A stretch of DNA of 63,790 nt, filler included, from Rhabdomonas costata (taxonomy: Eukaryota): the NCBI GenBank assembly GCA_019059605.1. It is 33 parts of 33 records of this genome, joined end to end, with 100 filler letters (N's around TTAATTAATTAA, not from the genome) between each part and the next. Parts side by side here need not be neighbours in the genome. Positions count along the whole stretch, not along the records: positions 23,243 to 25,079 come from JAHMHO010008397.1; positions 25,180 to 27,016 come from JAHMHO010008398.1; positions 27,117 to 28,953 come from JAHMHO010008399.1; positions 29,054 to 30,890 come from JAHMHO010008400.1; positions 30,991 to 32,827 come from JAHMHO010008401.1; positions 32,928 to 34,764 come from JAHMHO010008402.1; 27 more parts are not named here. One strand, written 5' to 3'. This document shows, one piece after another, positions 23,243 to 33,800 of this stretch. Within the stretch, counting starts at the first letter, position 1, and every line of letters starts with the position of its first letter. The position numbers and the translations under genes were made by a program. The notes beneath the pieces were generated by a model. That model was not told where the DNA came from, did no database searches, and saw only the letters and a program-made list of their open reading frames with translations.

Positions 23243-24972
23243 GGGTGGGGGCCATTGGGCTGGCCGAGGACAGCCTGCAGTGGGCCCAGCAGAGCTACCC
23301 CTGCGACGCGCTGGCCGTCGCGGCTATCCGGTATGGCACGGCATGGGGGAGAGGGATCCGCAAGGATCTGCAGTGTGAGAAGCGCGTGCTCAAATATGGC
23401 ATGGGTGTGGTAGTGCTGGATTATCGATTTCTTGCATGTGCGTGCGCTGCGCGTGCGCGTGACCGCTGATGTCTATCAGTGGGTGGTCTTTTTCTTTCCT
23501 AACGTTTTGGTTGGAGGAGTTGGTTAGAGTTGGAGTTTCAATTCTCTTTGAACTCCTCTCTATCTCTTGCTTCTTGTGCTTCCGTTGAACGTCACCCCCG
23601 CCCCATAAAAAGAAAATACACCAAACCCCCTCTACACGGCTATCCTCTCGCCTATTTTCCCGCCGGCTTGTTTCCATTTGCATTCTCGCGCTAGTGCACG
23701 CTGTCTCTCTGATTCCCCCACACAACACGTTCTGGCTCAGGTTCTGGACGGCCAACGCGGCGGACCCAACTCACCTGGCGCCGTACCAGGCCATCAACAA
23801 CGCCCTCAGCCCCTCGGGCCGACGCACTCCCGGGGCCCTGCCCCACGTCATGCCTGCGGTGTGCCTGCTGTGCTGGGCCGTGGAGCACCTCCCGCCCGTC
23901 CCGGAGTTCGCTCGGCAGCCCACCCCGGTGTGCCCCCCCTCCCTCGAGAGAGGGGTGGCCAAGGGAAGCGGGAAGCACTTTGGAACCCCTAGTGTTGTCC
24001 ATTTGGCTTACCTCCCTATCCCCATGTGTCAAGAGCATTTTGGCTCACCCACCCATTTACGGACCCAAGGTATTGGCGCATTCAGGGTGTGTTGCGCCAC
24101 CCCCACAGGGCTACCCCTACCAAGGCTTCCGTCATTTCCTATGTGGTGGACGAGACATCCAATTTGTAAGGTCCGTAAAATGCACCGTAAATGGGGGCAG
24201 GCGTCCCAAAATGCCCCAGCGCCGTCCATTTCCACAAACGTGTGCGTCTTGATGCGCACAGTGAGTGAGTGAGTGAGTAGTGAGTGAGTGATTGAGTGAG
24301 TGAGTGAGTATGCGTGTCGCAAACGATGCGTTGGAGGTCTTTGAGGACCTCCACCGCAGGAGGTGGAGGTTGATTCGCACCCCCAGAAACAGCCAATAGG
24401 CGGGAGAGTCAAGAGGCGGGAGCCGAAGACAGAAAGACCTCCCGCACCCACCGCGTGGAATTTATTTTAGCATCGCGTCCGTGAGAAATATGACCGGATG
24501 TTGCACATTAAGTTGTTACAGGGGTAGGTATTTTTATAGTTTGTCATTAAACATTCCCAAGAATTCCCAAGTTCTGGTTCTGAGTTTTGTGTTTGCGATA
24601 CAACATCCCGTTTGAGTCCGCTTCGCATTGAAGGTGAAATTTTTGACTTCGAGTCAAGAAACATCTGTGAAACAACAACGCACCGTAACAAACTCCGGAG
24701 CAGATGTCCGATTTCAGCTTTAAATAAACATCTCTCACCCTTTAAATGAAAGGAAAGGGACTTTTTTTTGCAGGGACGTGCCTGAATTCTGAATCTGAAT
24801 CAACCATCTTTTTGAAAAGGTGTACTGTGTAATCCCATGGATCTTCCCCAACCCGGGCCGCCACAACCCGGCGGCGCACTTCCCGCTGGACAGCCTGCTG
24901 ACGACATACGACTTCCGCGCGGCCAGCCGGTCCCTCTCCGTAGCACTGAACCCGGACTTCACCATCCCCAGG
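23243..24972 (+). CDS. Three exons (23243-23330, 23741-23927, 24820-24972) encoding a degenerate R-S-E class ADP-ribosyltransferase-like domain
   Basis: Spliced: ...LAVAAIRFWTAN...PYQAINNALS...VCLLCWAVEHLPP...PVYCVIPWIFPNPGRHNPAAHFPLDSLLTTYDFRAASRSLSVALNPDF. The order follows the ART pattern 'AI..yT / Y..lN.aL / L..Al..LP / VYRG / F..g.....F.StS....VA..F'. GT-AG introns, phases consistent. Confidence 0.6.
24260..24309. repeat. (GAGT)n intronic microsatellite
   Basis: Tandem gagt units with two interruptions. Confidence 0.9.
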
Positions 24973-26155
24973 GTGTGTGCCGCGTCGTGAATATGTGTCA
25001 CCTGCGCGTTTGCGTGACAGGAGGTGGGCAGGGATTCTTTGCTGCTTTTTGCGAAAAATAATCTGGTGCTATCGGTAAANNNNNNNNNNNNNNNNNNNNN
25101 NNNNNNNNNNNNNNNNNNNNNNNTTAATTAATTAANNNNNNNNNNNNNNNNNNNNNNNNNNNNNNNNNNNNNNNNNNNNGTGTTGGGTGTGTGGTGGTTT
25201 GGGTTGTAACTTACCTTAGATTAGATGTTGGTCCACGGCCACGGGAAGAGTGGATTACTCGGTCGGTTTGTGATCGGGTGCCAACTCCGGGTTTATTTTG
25301 TAGGGATGGCAGTGTAGCAGTGTAGGGATGGAATTTTTATGTTGGATTCCACATGTGCAGTGTAAGGGTGTGTAGGTCTTGATTTGGTGATTATCGACAA
25401 GGGGTGGGGGTGGGGTTAGAGTTGGCGCTGTTGGGTTGTACGGAAGAATCGTTGCGAGTGAGAATGCAATGGGAAACATAGGGGTGAGCTGAAAGTTGAG
25501 ATCCGCCTGCCTCCGATGGCACCGAAATATAGGGTTTGCTATATGACTCTTCATAGTAGTCAGTTCCAGCCGAGGATAGGCGTTCTCCAGGAGGCTCACA
25601 GTGGAGCTCCAGCCTCTGCACACCTCTGAGGTTAGGATGTGCGTTTTTGTGCAGGTCTCAAGCATGTCACCAAGGATATGAAGACAAAGAACCAGCCGCG
25701 GGAGGCTACCACGGAGGATGGGACTCGGTGCGCTTGAGTGTTGTATGAGTTTGTCTGTCTTTTGCAGGGTTCTGTGGTACCCCAACTCCCCAACCCAAAC
25801 CCTTAGAGCAACTGTCTGGAAGTAGCCGCAACTGATGATGAGTTCGTAATCCATGGACAAGCTGTTTGAGTTTCTTGATGACACATGCATGCCTGGGCAT
25901 TATATCATTTTTATTTTTAGAAATCAAGCACGACGACATGCTTTTGACACCCATTCTTGACGGGGGTTTTCGTGGTCACGGTTTCCCTGGGCATCCAGCG
26001 GTTCCAATTTCTATACGAATGTGTACTGGTGTGCCTCCTTTTTCTGTCAACCTCGATGCCACACCACTCCCCCATGGCGGCCTACCCCCAACAACACTTC
26101 CTGCACACATGCCAGCCTGTATTTCGTTTTGGTTCGGCTGTCATTTCACATACAG

Positions 26156-26928
26156 AGCCCCGGCTGGTGCCTCAGCTCGCCCCGCGCAGCCTGCCGCCCC
26201 GGCAGCGAAGCATGAGCCCAAGCTGGTCCTCCAGGATAAGAAGAAGTGGGAAATCGTACGTGTGCCCCGATTTTGATTTGTGCATGACACGAATGAGAAG
26301 AAGAGAAAGAACGCGCAGTAGGAAAGATACCTGGACGCGTGCACCGCCTGAGTTCTACCCGCACTGCCGCTTCTTGCTATACAGAGTCTATTAGCACGTA
26401 ATTGCAAGGCGCATTTAAAGGGCAAAGGCCACCCATGGGTTGCATTGTGCTTAGTAGCTCCTTCTTCATTTTGCTGAAGCTCACAACTAATCTCTGTCCA
26501 AAAGTGCGATTTCTGGTTTTCTCTGATGATTTTCCTGCTGTTGTCATACCACTAGACATACCCGAGAAGCCACATAACAACGCCTTAGCCGGCGGACGCT
26601 CTGCGCGTGGCTCGCTCAGGGGTCCCAATCCCATACCCCTCGCAGTCAAAAAAAGGCGAATGGTTGTGATGACGGCAACATTTACTGATTTGCTGACGCA
26701 TGACACAGAGCAAGCTTTCCAAGCCTTTGAGCCATAGTTCTGCAGTGCCGGCTCCCTTTGTTGTCCTATCTCTCTCTCTCTCAACTTAGGAATGGCACAA
26801 GGGCCCCTCGCGGCGGGACAAGAAAGTAATCGCACTGCAGGATACGGCGAACAACCACTCCGTGCACCTGTACGGCTGCGAGAATGTCGCTGTGGAAGTC
26901 CCCTCCAAGATCACCTCTGTCAACGCGG
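26156..26928 (+). CDS. CAP: Adenylyl cyclase-associated protein (CAP/Srv2), start of the C-terminal CARP domain (exons 26156-26255, 26790-26928)
   Basis: Spliced: ...PAAKHEPKLVLQDKKKWEI|EWHKGPSRRDKKVIALQDTANNHSVHLYGCENVAVEVPSKITSVNA, matching the CAP pattern 'P.l.L..kKW.vE...v.iy.C.n..v.v.gKi.si'. GT-AG introns. Confidence 0.85.
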
Positions 26929-27520
26929 GTCAGTGCTTTCGCACCTCCCTGGAACTTCCTTGCATCCCGATCCGGATTTTGAAAGCCGTTCATCAGTCTT
27001 CGATTTATAAACACCANNNNNNNNNNNNNNNNNNNNNNNNNNNNNNNNNNNNNNNNNNNNTTAATTAATTAANNNNNNNNNNNNNNNNNNNNNNNNNNNN
27101 NNNNNNNNNNNNNNNNGTGTGGTTTTTGTGGTTTTGCACCACTGTTGCTGCCGTGTGCATCCCGTGTGCATCCAACCCTCTGCTTTGTGCCGCTGCTACA
27201 TTCGCATCCACACGGTTTTCCTTGCCTTTCTTCTTCTTGTTTTTTGTGTTTGTGCTGACTTCTGCTACTGCAAAAACTTTGGGTCCCCAGTGCTGTTAAT
27301 GTTCCTCGGTGGTTTTTTCTCTCCAATCTGTGCTGCTGCTGGAATATATGATTGCCGCTATATACTACTAGCTGGCCCTTTGTGCCTTGACAGCATTGAT
27401 GACGTTGATGGGGCCCAGCAAAGGTCTGCTAACTTTAGCCTACAAAGAGGCTTTGTTATTGCATAGAGGAGGGCTCAGACCTCACCACACTCATTGTTGT
27501 GCTTTCTGTGGGCTCGCAAG

Positions 27521-28612
27521 GTACCCCTTTGAACAAGTCTCTGGAGGAGCTTCTCACGGAATTCCGGGAGTGGCGACGGCGGAGGTCACTACTGCTGCAG
27601 AGCATCCCCGACGAGGTCAGAGCGACGCTCACCTCAGCCGCAGCAACGGTAGGCAACAAGGGAAAGGCCAAGGGCCCGCAGGCCACAGAGGAGCCTTCCA
27701 GCCCGAGGCTGTATTCCGATTCCCAGCTCTTCCTCGTCCATACCCTCTCTGCGGCTCAGCTTGCGAAGGCCGTTCAGGAGCAGCGATCGAAGGTCTTCAC
27801 TGCACTTTTCAGGCCGTTTCTTTGTGGATGGGATGTGTGGGAAGTATGAATGTGAGAAAAGCAAGATTGAAGTTCAAGAGAGAACAACTGCTGGAGCATG
27901 AGTCAGCACAGCGCAATGGCAATTCGGCGAGGAAAGCACCATGAGATAGACAAACAAAAGGGCACGATGCAGTTCAACGCAGAAAAAGATGGCAAGGGGA
28001 CCGGCAAAAATTGAAAAAGGCCGGGAGCAAAGGGAACAAAAGGGATAACTATGCGCAGAAGCGAAACGTGTTGCGAACAATGAAGGGGACTGTAGAGCCG
28101 GAACATAAGAGGAAAGAGAAGAGTGACATAGCGGAGCTTGCGTGCATTAAATTCAAATAGAGAAAGAGTCCGAGTACTCCCCTCGATGACGACAATGAAG
28201 CAGAGTAGAGCATTGCAAGGATAAAAAGTCCGGAAGAAAGATTAGGAGAATAGAATAGAATATCATTCACCCAGAGAAGCAAGGGTTGTCCCAAGTCGGG
28301 TCAGCTTTCGGAGCTTACTTACACCCATTGACGCGAATTGGTTTCCGGTCTACTCGAAAGGAAAATGCCTTCGTCTTGTCCGTCCAGTGCTCGGGCGTGA
28401 GCTTTGAGGACGCCCTGGAGGAGCTCTCGCAGCAGTACCGCACCCACCACCAGGGCCTCACCGCGGCCTCCGTGCCTCAGCTCAAGCGCCCCGGCGACCT
28501 CCTGGCGTGCACCTCGCTTCACCACCACAAGGGCCACCGCTCCAGGCTGACCACGGAGTGGTTCCAGGAGCCCGCCGAGCCGCCACCGCCGCCCTCCCTG
28601 CTCTCTGTGCAG
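27521..28612 (+). CDS. Two exons (27521-27792, 28361-28612) of an unknown protein
   Basis: GC3-rich open frames with AAG acceptors and gtcttc/gtctgt donors; the phase-0 join reads ...KAVQEQRSK|ENAFVLSVQCSGVSFEDALEELSQQY. Confidence 0.6.
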
Positions 28613-29690
28613 GTCTGTGGGGTGCACACCGTGTTTCCATCTACAGCTTCTCACCGGTTATGTAGTAGCAGCAAAGCAAGTGCTCGATATTGCCGGAATT
28701 GTTTCGCTGTGTGCTGGGCATCTGAATCCATTGTGGTAATGTGCGTTCTTTTTCCAGGTCGGTATTACTGCTGTCGGTGTGTGCCTGATTTGCGAGTAGG
28801 CAGGTTGATCAGAATTGCAGGTGCGCTGTATTGCACTCTGCTCACGTGCGCAGATCAGGCCTTTGACATGTCTGAACTTGCTTGAACAGAATCGATTCAC
28901 TCACCACAGCTGCCAAGGGTTCCGTTTCCAATCTCGACGTGTTCTATGCAGTANNNNNNNNNNNNNNNNNNNNNNNNNNNNNNNNNNNNNNNNNNNNTTA
29001 ATTAATTAANNNNNNNNNNNNNNNNNNNNNNNNNNNNNNNNNNNNNNNNNNNNGGGTGTGTGGAGGGGATGCACGTGTCCCCTGGGACACTTTCCACGAT
29101 ATCAAGATCCTAGCTGGTTACATTTGTCGGACATGTAGGCGGGAGTTCCAGCGGGGAGGGGGGGGGCATAAGTGCACTTAAGCCCCTCACACTCGGAGAA
29201 CGGGAATTTTTTAACAGACAGCCCACTTCAAAGACCATGGAAGAATTAATACGAAAGGCGGGGAAAGATACCCATCAACAAGCTTTTGCTGTAAAGAGGC
29301 CGATACAGGCCTGGGACCTTTGCAAACGAACCATACCAGGTTTTCTGGTCAATGGGATCCGAAAGAGCTCAGATAGTGCGGCACACTTGGAATTTCCTAT
29401 AAACTTCTGTGCAACGTTCAGGTCGTGCAAAATGTGGACTGTATGTCCCAATCAGCAAATTTGTTCAAGACCCCCACATTGCTCCGTGCATCCGGTCGCA
29501 GCGTCCTTCCTCCGATGTCAACAACGCGCATCACAGCCTACATCTACGAAAAACAGGCAGTACAGGGTTGCACCATCTGTGATGATTTACAAACAACTAC
29601 ACACGCATGCACAATCGAAGCACATTTTCCATGCAGAGAGGTTGTGCCGAGGTCCAACCTCAAGCTAAACCCGTGAGAACGCGGCTATAG

Positions 29691-30734
29691 TCACCCTGAG
29701 GGCCGAACTTTTGACCGCAACACGTCTCGAAAGAGCTTCTCAAACATCTCCGTGACTCCTGCGCCAGAGCTGGCGCTGGTCTCGCAGTAGGTCCACCCGC
29801 GGCTTGTGGCCAGCCGCTGGCCGTCCAGCTCCGAAACGGCGCGGCGGCCCCCTGCGTCCGTCTTGTTGGCACAGAGGTAGATCGTCAAGCCCTCAGTCAC
29901 GCCATGCTGCTGAGCTTCGTCGAGCCATTTTGACAGGCTCTCGAACGACTTCCGCTGCCAGAAAAACAAGCATATGGCGTTCGGTTTTCGATTGCCAAAC
30001 TGTTCAACGCATGACAGCATTCACTTTTCGAAAAAAGAAAAGACAATTCATAGGGGAGGGTGAGAAAAACGGTTCCATGAATCACGAAAAATGCAGCCCA
30101 GCTCTCTGCTCAAAAGAACGCACAAGGGGAAACCAATGCACTCCAAACAACCGCAGCACAAACTTGGGAAAGGGGGATGAGACCCCTAGAATCGCACTGA
30201 TTGGCAACATTCTCGGATTGACGTAATCGGCAGGTGGGCCCTAAAATATTTAATCCTCGGCAGGATCGTGAAATCTACTATGCTTGGGCCCTGTTGTTCT
30301 CTTATATTGGCGAAAGACTGACGCACAACGGCGAAGGGGAAGTACCAGAATACGGTAGTGATTGAGTGAGGATAAGTGGGAGAGAAAAAATGCACCTGGG
30401 CGACATCATACACCAAAATCGCTCCCTGGGCATCCTTGTAGAACTCATTGCGAACCTCAAGGTAGTCAGGGTTCCCGCTTAAGTCCCAAAAGTTCACCTT
30501 GATCTCCTTCAAAACGAAAAAAAGATGCGATGACAAATAAAGCAGCGCCAGGCAACGGCAAAATCCAGCTGTAATTCACAAGGTTATACAAACTCAGTGC
30601 AATATCAAACAATTGGCGGACCTTCCCGTCCACCGTGACCTTCTTCACGCCGTAGTCCACTCCAATGGTGGTGACGTAGCGGGACACGAAGCGTTCTTCG
30701 CAGTACCGCTTGATCAGGCAGGACTTCCCCACGC
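29691..30734 (-). CDS. RJL-family (Rab-like, DNAJC27-related) small GTPase without a J-domain (exons 30734-30622, 30506-30396, 29954-29691; 5' partial)
   Basis: GVGKSCLIKRYCEERFVSRYVTTIGVDYGVK...EIKVNFWDLSGNPDYLEVRNEFYKDAQGAILVYDV...CANKTD...ETSASSG...TGA. 'CLIKRYCE.RF' and 'EVRNEFYKD' are RJL signatures. All introns are GT-AG and phase-consistent. Confidence 0.93.
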
Positions 30735-31269
30735 CTTTGCCCCCCCCCCACACACACACAAAGGCATAAAGGAGGGACATACAAGTCTTTGAGCGTTTGA
30801 GCACCCTCAGTTCCCTGCATTTCAAGGGTGGCACTTGTGGGTGAGTTGCCATCAGGAGGTTTGAGTATCCTGTTGGCAACACACCCACAANNNNNNNNNN
30901 NNNNNNNNNNNNNNNNNNNNNNNNNNNNNNNNNNTTAATTAATTAANNNNNNNNNNNNNNNNNNNNNNNNNNNNNNNNNNNNNNNNNNNNTGTTTTGGGT
31001 GCAATGGAAAGGGGTTCGTGGATGTTGAGTGAGGCTGTGTTTCGCAGGTGGAATGAAAAGGGTGCAGCCTATGGTCTGCGGTCTAACGTAAAAATCATTG
31101 CCGATGTGCGTGCCAGGCGCAGGGTTTGTGGTTGACACCACTTCCAAACACAGAATCAAATCATAAATCGGCGGCCAAGGGTCGCAAGGGTCAGCACAGG
31201 CCCAATAATGTCTTGGCCCTTTGTGATTTCCCCTTAGGCTCTCTTCTTGCGTATGTACCTCTTTCCACG

Positions 31270-32280
31270 GCGAAAATTTTTTTTTTGGATCAAATCCTTG
31301 CTTCCCGCGGGTTTCTTATAGCAATTCTATCAATTTATGTCAGATCTTTCTCATTTGCCCCCGTCCGATTTGTATGGGTCATCGTCTCTCTCTCCCCTAT
31401 TTGTTTTTGCACCACTCTCTAACCCTCTCTAACCCGGCCGCATGCAGACTCGCCTACACCCAACAAAATTCCAATTTCAATGGTCTGTCAATGCCCACAC
31501 CAAGTAGCTGGAAATGAAAAAGTTTGTTGCGCATGTCTCCTGCTGCATTCCCTAAACTTTCTGCCCGAGGTACAATTTTTTCGTACCTATCGTTTTCCAT
31601 TGCCTATACCCATGCGCGAAAAAGCTTGGCACGGTTGGCCCTGCGTGCGAGCGGAAAAGGGGACGGGGTGGTGGGGTGCCTGGGTCTGCGGGCAGCTCTC
31701 CACTTCGCAGTGGAACTGCGTGGACATCAGGGCTTGCAGGACCCAGGACAAGGGAGCAGACCAGTAAAGCCTGAAAAATACGACCCCAAAAACGGCTAAA
31801 AGGAAGAAGGGCTTGCCAGAGATTTGTCAGTCCACCAATTCAATAACCTGCCAACAGCAAACAGGAAACAAGGACAAAAAGCTCACACCCCCTGCCCCTC
31901 CGGAATGGTAGATGACCTCCGCACGCTCCATCCGAACCACAAGCATGGGAAAGACCGTTCACCGCATATATCCCATCCCTCAGTACGACAAAATCCACCT
32001 CCGGACAAGGGCAACGCCCTAATGCACTGGGAGGGTCCTGTTCAGCAATTATTGAAAGATTCGGATCGCGATTTCATATTGGGATTGCTGATCGGCTTCC
32101 AAGCGGACGGCGCGCATCCCGAGCGGTGGCTTCTGCACAGTTGGTCCGACCGCTAGGTAGGCCATAGACATTTTTTTTGGAAAGGCGAGGCAGATCTCTG
32201 TGTTTCGCCGCGGGGGTGCAACAGGCCACTGCATTACTTGCAATCAGAGACGTTGGTACAAAACGTCCTCAAAGATCGTT
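31270..32280 (+). mobile_element. Highly decayed tyrosine-recombinase retroelement remnant (possible RNase H tail followed by YR)
   Basis: Frameshifted fragments: PVRFVWV...SNPA (RNase H end-like), GCLGLRA/LSTSQWNCVDI (YR box I 'GLR..E...L.W..vD'), FRRGGAT at 32203-32223 (box II 'HSxRRGGAT'), PLHYLQ. No intron structure. Confidence 0.45.
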
Positions 32281-32371
32281 CAGATTACGGAGGCCTGATA
32301 CAAGGGCGGGTTAGGTTTGCGGCAGGGAGAGTGACAGTGTTTAGGGGTTAGAGGCTGGGGATTAGGGGTCA

Positions 32372-32413
<42 letters not shown>
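32372..32413. repeat. (TGCTCG)7 hexanucleotide microsatellite
   Basis: Read directly. Confidence 0.95.
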
Positions 32414-32415
<2 letters not shown>

Positions 32416-32927
32416 ATGGAGATTGGGAGTTGGGAGAATATGGCGGCGAGGAGTGAGCCAGTGCAGACGCTGCAGTGCGGTACCCGGGGCTTTCCCGGCA
32501 GTCGTAATTGCTTCGCCTGCCACAGGCCACAGGAGCCTTGGAAACTTTGGTATACTGTGCAGATTTCTCCTGCAAATATCGGAGGGGGGGGGTAATCAAT
32601 GGTTCAATGCTATGCTCTCAGGAAGGGCAGCAATGCGGCCGGTTGCTAGGAAAGGAAATCAGCATTTTTCGAGTGCACTCTCTTATGCGAATTCTAGCGA
32701 TGGCAGTCAGTGGTCGGAAGCTTCGCAGTCCCATGGCACTCGTTGCAGTAGGTATTTGATTCTGTCGCTGGGGCTTCTGATCATCGTTCCCTCCCTGCGA
32801 AGTATTGACCTGTTTTCTCCACCACAANNNNNNNNNNNNNNNNNNNNNNNNNNNNNNNNNNNNNNNNNNNNTTAATTAATTAANNNNNNNNNNNNNNNNN
32901 NNNNNNNNNNNNNNNNNNNNNNNNNNN

Positions 32928-33800
32928 GTTGGGTCTTCACTCCCGGAGCTGCCGCCGATTTCAGTGCAGCGCTGAGCGAAAGCCGAGCACTGTCCCGGGC
33001 GTCGGCGGTAGGTAGAATTTCGCCAGGGCGAGCAAGGGCCAGCAAGGACCGCGCCACGAAGGTTGCGGAGGTGTGCAGAAGGGCCGCGAGCTCCGGAGAG
33101 GGGAGGGCAAGCGGGGAGCACGCAGTGGGTGAGTCACTGGGAGGGACGCCGGAGCTGCCGGCAAGACAGCTGATTGCGCAAGCTGCGCGGGGCCTGTGCC
33201 GCGAAGAGGTTATGTAAATACGAAAGTTACCGGCGAGTGGACGGTCAAGATCAAAATTGCGGTCGGTCTTAAACCGACACACACCTCCAGCTGAGACGAC
33301 AAGGGGAAAAGGGAGTTTGAACTTCAGTCATGAGTAAGGAAGGGGTGAGACACAAGGGCTATCAAGGCTACCAGGGCAACCAGGGAGACCAAGTGTCACC
33401 AATTGACGTGCCACCTTTGACAAAGGATGCGTGGAAGTCGGTCTTCCCATGCAATCAGTGTGGGCCCTTATCTGCTTTCGAAAGCAAAGGGCACCGCAAA
33501 ATAAAATGTTTTATGAGCATAAGAGAGTAGGTAAGAAGACGAAGAGGAAAAACTGAAACGCTGTGCCTTTACTGATTCACACAAGGAAGGAGAAAGAGAA
33601 GCAGTGGCTCGACCCTCGCCAAAGGATAGTAGAGATGTCCGAGCTGAACTGCGCGGCAAGTGCGGGGCACTGCGCGAGGAGCTGCTCCGGCCATTGCGCC
33701 AGGAGGAGCTTCTGCTGAAGCTCCACCGCCCATCGCACAGCGTGCAGTGACGTGGGAAAGGCCGCGACGGTCTGATCACCGAAACAAGCCACAATCTGCC
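32928..33800 (-). CDS. Class III nucleotidyl cyclase-like domain, degenerate (exons 33800-33614, 33193-32928)
   Basis: Spliced: GQIVACFGDQTVAAFPTSLHAVRWAVELQQKLLLAQWPEQLL...ILWRG|PRAACAIS...SATFVARSLLALARPGEILPT. It aligns to the protist cyclase pattern 'GYEVKTeGDafmvAF...A...Q..Ll...WP..ll...wrGlRvRmG...vN.AaR....A.gG.il'. Confidence 0.8.

Noticed and set aside
33250..33295. LEVCVGL segment as a cyclase exon needing a non-canonical junction
   Set aside because: A canonical phase-2 acceptor at 33194-33195 gives WRG|PRAACAI and continues into further cyclase-like sequence.
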